From contig JBGPMX010000001.1 of the NCBI GenBank assembly GCA_041487215.1, positions 1 to 43,523 on the forward strand: DNA of 43,523 nt, in the 5' to 3' direction. The position numbers and the translations under genes are program-made. The DNA is from Planctomycetia bacterium (GTDB taxonomy: Bacteria > Planctomycetota > Planctomycetia > JALXBF01 > JBGPMX01). Of the stretch, positions 38,665 through 43,523 are shown in pieces; position 1 is the stretch's first letter; every line of letters begins with the position of its first letter. The notes under the pieces are model-generated. The model was not told the DNA's origin. It did no database searches and saw only the letters and a list, made by a program, of their open reading frames with translations.

Positions 38665-40650
38665 ATGCTATCGATCGCCCTGGACGGAACGCAGATTAAC
38701 GTCAACGGCCAGCTCGGATCGGCCGGCGTTGTGTATGTCAAAGATGTCAAACTCACTCACTCCAAGACGGGCCGACGCCTCCGCTTCGTCGAGCTCATCT
38801 CCGAACACACGCCGAGCTTCCCGAAGCGGGCTCGCATCGAGCTCTACGATACCAGCAACCGCACGGACCCCTCGCCGACACCACCGGGTGTCCGCCGGTT
38901 CTTTGGCTATGTGAGCGAGATCAAACCGCGAGGGCGATGTGTCGAGTACACCTGTGATGACCCACTGCAGCGGCTGCATGAGGCAATCGCTGTGGATACG
39001 GATGGGGCTCCACGTCTCGTGCTCAATGCTCGCTTCGACGAGTACGACTTCCCCGACTCGCTCGCCAACACCTATCGCCCCGACTTCCCCGCGTACCGGG
39101 TGGCCGAAATCTGGCGGCAGCTGCTCGAGCTCCACGAGGCCGCGATCCGCACCGTGTGCCCCGGCCTGCCCGTGGGCGACCTCTGGCGGAAGGACCTGGC
39201 CGACGCGGACGGCAATGGAGATACGGCGGACATGCTCGACTTCATCACGGTTTGGAACCCCGTGCCAGCTCTGCACGAAGACATGAAATTCGAGCCGGAG
39301 CACCTCGTGTTCGAAGAGCAAACGCTTGCTGACGCCTTCAGCCAGCTGCTTGAGATGACCCCGGCCTGGGAGCTACAGTTCGACCCCGAAACGCTACTCT
39401 TCCGTTGGTTGCTCCGCACGCGACCGGAATCGGGCAACGACCCCATGCCGGCAGAGACGCGGACGCTGAACAAGATCAACGACCCCGACGCGGATTTCCG
39501 CCGCCCGGTCCTCTCGAAGGAGTTGGGGCAGTCAGCACAGGATCGCTGGACCCGAGTCGAAATCATCGGGCCGCTCGAACAGGTCGAGGCAACATTGAAG
39601 CAGAGCACGGGTGACCTGATCGAGGATTGGGATCACGCCTATGAGGCTGCCGCCAGCTGGTCGATTTTCGACACCCGAAAGAACGCGAACATCGCCGCGA
39701 CCAACCCCTACTGGCGAGTGTACCGTCAGTACAAGATCGCCGACCCAGAAAAGCGGCGGATCGCCCGCTCGATCCGTGAAGGGATCTGGGTTCCCGGTTT
39801 GCCCGGAGTGCCCGAGCCCGGTCAGTTCTCAGATCATCGATTCACCGAGTATTTCACCTCCAACCACTTCCGCACACACCGCCCAACCCTCACGGCAAAA
39901 TTCACGATTGAGGGGAGATCAGGATGGTTCAACGTCCCCGCGCGGTTCGACCTCCTGAGCGGGCTGGCGATCGCCGTGAACCCACTCGTGCTCGGCGACA
40001 TCCGCGACCCGGCGACAACCTTCGCTAAACCCGACGATGTAGCTCTCGCCTACGCATACCTCTCGGCACCAGTGCTCGCCTCGTACCCGGTCACCCCGGG
40101 CACCTATGCGGGCACCGCGTATACGACTGCTGGCGTCGAGCGGACGGTCCGGTTCTATGAACAGGACTTCTTCTCCCCCGCTTCGCAGCGAGTGAATTAC
40201 CAGCGACTCGCCAAGGCCCTCTGGCGCACGCGGGGAGACCTGATCTTCTCCGGCTCAATCGTCGTGCACGGCATCGACTACAGCTTCGAGGGTTTCAACG
40301 TCGCGCGGCAGGAAAACTACGGCCGGCTGAACCTATCCGGGCTTGACGACACCGGAACGCCGGCCACGACCGGCTGGGAGGCGATGGACGCGCCCGTGCA
40401 GGAAGTCGAGTATGACTACGGACAGAACCGCACCACCATCTCGTTCAACAGCGATTGGGCGGACTTCGTGTTCGGCGACTTCGCGAGTCTCAAAATGCGA
40501 GTCAAAGCAGCCGCCGACCAGGGGAAAATAGTGCTTGCCCGCTTCTGGTCGGAGCTCGGAGGCCGGCCAGGCGTGTACGATCCTGGAATCGACCTACTGT
40601 TGGGAGAGGCGACTCGCATCCAATTCGACCCGTTCAATCCGCTTGGTTAA
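38665..40650 (+). CDS. Tail tip/baseplate protein (661 aa)
   Basis: It lies immediately downstream of the tape measure gene. No family recognised. Confidence 0.55.
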   Translation: MLSIALDGTQINVNGQLGSAGVVYVKDVKLTHSKTGRRLRFVELISEHTPSFPKRARIELYDTSNRTDPSPTPPGVRRFFGYVSEIKPRGRCVEYTCDDPLQRLHEAIAVDTDGAPRLVLNARFDEYDFPDSLANTYRPDFPAYRVAEIWRQLLELHEAAIRTVCPGLPVGDLWRKDLADADGNGDTADMLDFITVWNPVPALHEDMKFEPEHLVFEEQTLADAFSQLLEMTPAWELQFDPETLLFRWLLRTRPESGNDPMPAETRTLNKINDPDADFRRPVLSKELGQSAQDRWTRVEIIGPLEQVEATLKQSTGDLIEDWDHAYEAAASWSIFDTRKNANIAATNPYWRVYRQYKIADPEKRRIARSIREGIWVPGLPGVPEPGQFSDHRFTEYFTSNHFRTHRPTLTAKFTIEGRSGWFNVPARFDLLSGLAIAVNPLVLGDIRDPATTFAKPDDVALAYAYLSAPVLASYPVTPGTYAGTAYTTAGVERTVRFYEQDFFSPASQRVNYQRLAKALWRTRGDLIFSGSIVVHGIDYSFEGFNVARQENYGRLNLSGLDDTGTPATTGWEAMDAPVQEVEYDYGQNRTTISFNSDWADFVFGDFASLKMRVKAAADQGKIVLARFWSELGGRPGVYDPGIDLLLGEATRIQFDPFNPLG

Positions 40651-40676
40651 TACGGAGCTGCCCTTTGCAGGGACGC

Positions 40677-41744
40677 GTGTCACAGAGGTTGTTGAAGGCC
40701 GAACCCGAGCGAAGCGTCGCGGACGGTTCGATGCTTGGGGCACTACGAAGACCCCGGAGCGTTCTCCGCCGGCTCGCGCACCTGTTCGAGCAGGAATCTC
40801 ACACGGACGGGGCGCTGGAATGGCCCGAGCTGCGCGGCGATCAGTGGACCTGGATCAAGCGGTTTCGATACGTCGCACGGTTCGCCAGGTACGCCCTGAA
40901 ATATTACGTCGGGTTCCTAGAGGCATCCGAAGTCCTGGGAGTGGGCGATTGGGACACGTGTGGCCAGCTCGCCTGGGACCGTTACCAGGCTGCATGCACC
41001 AATGCAGCCAACTGGTCAAACAACGGCCTACCCCCCGGGGTCGGGTGGGACCGAGGTTATCGCTACACCGACAAAAACACCGGCATTTCGCGAGCAGTGC
41101 CGGACGTTGCTCAATGGAGCGAAAACTACTGGTTTCATTCTCCGGGCACCACGGATCAATGGGCAGAACTTGGCACGGCGTGCTCGGCTCTGATATTGCC
41201 CCTCAAACCGCACCGAAATCTGCGTGCCACCTATGGTGTTTACCTCGTCCGTGTGACGATGGCGAACGCGCTCACTTCCGATCCCGATCCCATGCCGCCC
41301 GGTTCCACGACCGGAAGCGTCTTCAGGCGGAATAAAGAGGAACCACCGGAGTCTCTGGTCGGCACCTTCAACCTTGGCAGCATCCGGATCTGCTACGGCT
41401 TGTCGGATGGTACGAGCCGGTCAGTTCTCAGAGATATGCTCTCAGGCAATGACAGTGTGATGACAATGGGAAGTGTGCCGATTGGTAACTTCCCTGTCGT
41501 ATTTGAGTCTGCGGTGCCCACTAGCCTCGCGGCGCGGACCGATGCTCAATATTTCTACTTGGGGTTCCGGCCCGATCCGTTGTGCCCCGCCGCGAAACCA
41601 TTCGCGGCGAATCCGGCGCCAGGTCCTCAGCCCCCCAATTTTGCATACTTTTATTTCGACTTCGGTGCACCCTTGGCTTGCGCCACGGTCTCGCGCATCG
41701 ACTTCCTGGGCAGGTCGGGTACCGTGATCGCCACATGGCCATAG
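40677..41744 (+). CDS. Hypothetical Trp/Cys-rich protein, candidate receptor-binding or accessory protein
   Basis: It lies inside track ORF 40455..41744. The upstream part of that ORF overlaps the previous gene. Possible starts are TTG 40665, GTG 40677 and ATG 40731. Two hand-counted lines give ~52% G+C. Confidence 0.45.
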   Translation: MSQRLLKAEPERSVADGSMLGALRRPRSVLRRLAHLFEQESHTDGALEWPELRGDQWTWIKRFRYVARFARYALKYYVGFLEASEVLGVGDWDTCGQLAWDRYQAACTNAANWSNNGLPPGVGWDRGYRYTDKNTGISRAVPDVAQWSENYWFHSPGTTDQWAELGTACSALILPLKPHRNLRATYGVYLVRVTMANALTSDPDPMPPGSTTGSVFRRNKEEPPESLVGTFNLGSIRICYGLSDGTSRSVLRDMLSGNDSVMTMGSVPIGNFPVVFESAVPTSLAARTDAQYFYLGFRPDPLCPAAKPFAANPAPGPQPPNFAYFYFDFGAPLACATVSRIDFLGRSGTVIATWP

Positions 41745-41756
41745 GAGACCCGCCTC

Positions 41757-41939
41757 ATGAGCGTCAGTACGGCTCTTCTGAAGGACGTGATTCGGCTCTA
41801 CCGGCGGAGCCGCTCCCAGCAGACGGTCTGCCGTCAGCTGCCGCAGCTCTACACGGACATGGAGAACGGCCGCGAGGCCAACCAGTGGGTGGAAATCCAG
41901 AGCCCGGACATCGGCCTGCCGCCCCCCGCCACGCCCTAA
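41757..41939 (+). CDS. Small hypothetical protein (60 aa), last ORF before the right end
   Basis: Track ORF: MSVSTALLKDVIRLYRRSRSQQTVCRQL... looks HTH-like. Confidence 0.4.
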   Translation: MSVSTALLKDVIRLYRRSRSQQTVCRQLPQLYTDMENGREANQWVEIQSPDIGLPPPATP

Positions 41940-42150
41940 ACCCCCACACTGCCGCCCCCCCTCTCTCTAGCGACAGCAAATCGCCGTTGACGAGCGAGAC
42001 CACGGCCAGGCGGCGCAGCGACTCGGCCGAGGCGAAACTGTTGCGCACCGCGACGTGCCGCCGGCTGCCCGCCGGCCAGGGAGGGCCTTTTCACCGCCCC
42101 TTAAAAGCTGGTTTGGGGCCGGGTTGAAACGGCCGCCGGGTGGGGGGTGG

Positions 42151-42183
42151 ATTCTCATTTCCGACGCTCATAATTCTCATTTC
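42151..42183 (-). repeat. attR-like right end with two putative transposase-binding sites 22 bp apart
   Basis: ATTCTCATTTC (the reverse complement of GAAATGAGAAT) occurs at 42151-42161 and 42173-42183. Confidence 0.75.
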
Positions 42184-43523
42184 CGCCGGCCGGCTACAGC
42201 GGCGGCGGCCGCCCGCGCCGCGTGCCGCGCCGAGCGTGCGCGCAGCCCGGCGTGGACCGCTCCGGCCGCCAGCAACAACCCCAGGCCGCCCACAACGCCC
42301 CAGGGCACCCACGGTTCAAGCTCGGGCGGCAGCGTCAACGCAGATGGCGCCGGCTGCGGCGCCGCGCCGGCCAGATACCGCTCGACGCTGATACGCGCCG
42401 GCACGCCCGCCGGCATGGCGTGCGCCACCTGCGCGCGGACCCGCTCCGTCCAGGCGTCGCGGTCGCCGCCATCGTCGCGGGAACCGGCCAGCCGTGCCGC
42501 GGTCGCCGCGGGAACCGCCACCGCAACCGTGATGCTGTGCGGCGTCCCGGCCAGCTCCTCGCCCTCCCCATCGCTCGGCCGCTCCTCGGGAGCGGCCGCC
42601 GACGCGACGAGCGGATGGCTCGGTGCAGCGGCAGCACTGTGCTCCGGGTCGAGCTCGACCGCGGTGTTCGCACGCACGGCTGCCCGCTCCTCGGGGGCCA
42701 GCGCCGCCGCGGTCACGATCGGCTGCGGACGGTCCGCAGACACGGTGTCGCTGCCGCGCGCCCGCGCTGGCTCCAGTTCCACGTTCACCGTCACGAGAGC
42801 GTCGGGGATGTAACGCAGCACGCCGCGGATCTTCTCCGCATAGTGCTCCTCGAACGCCTTGATGCGAGCCAGCACGTCGTCGCCGTCTGGGTCGTCGGCG
42901 CCGAGCCCGACGAACGCTTTGCCGTTCAGGTCAACGACCGTGACGCGCTCCGGCGAGAGATTGGCGATCGAGCCGGCCACGATGTGGCGGATCTCGCGGA
43001 TGCGGTAGGCGGGCAGCTCCCGGCCGCCACGCGTCCGGATTGCGACCGTGCCCCGGATGTCGCTCGTTCCGCGCAGCCCTTGCGGTGCCGAGCGGTCGAC
43101 TAGCACGTTGGCCGACTCGATCTCCGGCATCTGCTCGATAATCTGCGCCAGGAACTTCTGCCGGGCCAGTTCCCAGCGGCGGTCGTCCTGGCTCGCCGAT
43201 CCCCACCAGCTCGTCTGCTCGACCGCCTGGTCGAACGCGGCGTAGAAGCTAGCGGGGAGCACCTGGCGCTTGGCGAGTGCCGCCGCGTACTGCGCGACCT
43301 CGGAGCGCGGGATGCGCAGCCGCGTTCCGTCCACCCGGAAACCGGTGAGCCCCTCGGCCTCGAGCGCCTGGCAGAACGATCGCAGTTGGGCGTCGTTGAA
43401 CTGCTGCCCGCCGAGCAGGTACACGGAAGCGTCGTCGCGGGGCATCCAGGCCCAGCAGGCGATACCGGCCGCAGCGAGCACCGCACAGGCGAGCGCCGCG
43501 CGGTGCACCTCGGGGGCAAGCCG
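42177..43523 (-). CDS. fliF: FliF/YscJ-family membrane ring protein. The 5-prime end may extend beyond the window. The C-terminus appears truncated and fused to the prophage end.
   Basis: Track ORF 42177..43508, with the frame open to the window edge. It has an N-terminal TM, then ...VYLLGGQQFNDAQLRSFCQALEAEGLTGFRVDGTRLRIPRSEV...ANVLVDRSAPQGL...GTVAIRTRGGRELPAYRIREIRHIVAGSIANLSPERVTVVDLNGKAF, which fits the FliF/YscJ pattern. A second TM, WGVVGGLGLLLAAGAVHAGL, is followed by only ~20 aa. The final K codon and TGA lie inside the terminal repeat. Confidence 0.65.
   Translation of the reverse strand, partial: RLAPEVHRAALACAVLAAAGIACWAWMPRDDASVYLLGGQQFNDAQLRSFCQALEAEGLTGFRVDGTRLRIPRSEVAQYAAALAKRQVLPASFYAAFDQAVEQTSWWGSASQDDRRWELARQKFLAQIIEQMPEIESANVLVDRSAPQGLRGTSDIRGTVAIRTRGGRELPAYRIREIRHIVAGSIANLSPERVTVVDLNGKAFVGLGADDPDGDDVLARIKAFEEHYAEKIRGVLRYIPDALVTVNVELEPARARGSDTVSADRPQPIVTAAALAPEERAAVRANTAVELDPEHSAAAAPSHPLVASAAAPEERPSDGEGEELAGTPHSITVAVAVPAATAARLAGSRDDGGDRDAWTERVRAQVAHAMPAGVPARISVERYLAGAAPQPAPSALTLPPELEPWVPWGVVGGLGLLLAAGAVHAGLRARSARHAARAAAAAVAGRRK

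Larger units (their letters stand above)
905..42183 (+). mobile_element. Mu-like transposable prophage with siphovirus-type tail module, ~41.3 kb
   Basis: Bounded by inverted GAAATGAGAAT repeats. The left end carries a divergent repressor operon, a DDE transposase and a MuB-like ATPase. GemA-like, gp27-like, TerL, portal, Mu F-like, gpI-like and gp36-like genes follow in Mu-like order. Nearly all genes are on the + strand, with many overlapping stop/start codons (ATGA, GTGA). Confidence 0.85.

Noticed and set aside
905-42183. Site-specific integrase, tRNA-associated attachment site, Mu Ner, Gam, Kil, Com/Mom or Gin homologs
   Set aside because: None could be recognised in any translation. 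Their absence cannot be proven without profile searches, so no such features are reported.
900-42188. Search for a 5-bp target-site duplication flanking the prophage
   Set aside because: No direct repeat was found for any plausible end definition (CACGA versus CGCCG, AGAAA versus TTTCC). It is reported as a negative observation rather than a feature.
41764-43103. ORFs 41764..42048(-), 41967..42158(-), 42055..42813(+), 42222..43103(+) and others around the right junction
   Set aside because: The plus-strand ones are antisense shadows of the FliF-like gene. The minus-strand ones in 41764-42158 overlap the small + strand ORF or the attR sites and have low-complexity translations. None has a motif.

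Overview
This is a high-G+C window. Hand counts of a few 60-nt lines give about 70% G+C in typical structural genes. Almost all of it is one ~41.3-kb Mu-like transposable prophage at about 905..42183. The prophage is bounded by inverted copies of the 11-mer GAAATGAGAAT. The left end has two full copies plus one partial copy, and the right end has two copies 22 bp apart, a layout like Mu L1/L2/L3 and R1/R2.

Gene order, left to right:
- a leftward immunity operon (ribbon-helix-helix repressor plus a small 2-TM protein) and a divergent promoter region;
- a MuA-like DDE transposase, one small conserved ORF, and a MuB-like AAA+ ATPase;
- an accessory early region with a translationally coupled secreted EndoG/NucA-type nuclease cassette, a CsrA homolog, a GemA-like protein and several HTH/RHH proteins;
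- a promoter plus very strong intrinsic terminator leader directly in front of an elaborate envelope-lysis cassette (YiiX/C92-type amidase, secreted tandem-repeat protein, holin-like and spanin-like membrane proteins, and a secreted trypsin-like protease fused to a CxxC-less thioredoxin-like fold);
- Mu-type packaging and head genes (gp27-like TerS, TerL, portal, Mu F-like, gpI-like protease/scaffold);
- lambda D/E-like decoration and major capsid genes bracketed by an identical 26-bp hairpin element;
- a lower-G+C two-gene moron (DnaQ-like DEDD exonuclease with a degenerate motif III, plus a secreted LamG/ConA-like protein);
- a ~730-aa repeat-rich structural protein, connector genes (gp36/DUF1320-like), and a siphovirus-type tail module.

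Host DNA is visible only at the edges. On the left is a 5-prime-truncated hrpB fragment (1..902, minus). On the right is a FliF/YscJ-family ring protein gene (42177..window end, minus) whose last codon and stop codon come from the prophage end. The two flanks are not halves of one gene and no target-site duplication is visible, which suggests a Mu-type adjacent rearrangement.

Nearly all long minus-strand ORFs inside the prophage are antisense shadows typical of high-G+C DNA. Every functional call comes from reading motifs and context in the supplied translations. No database search or computation was possible.
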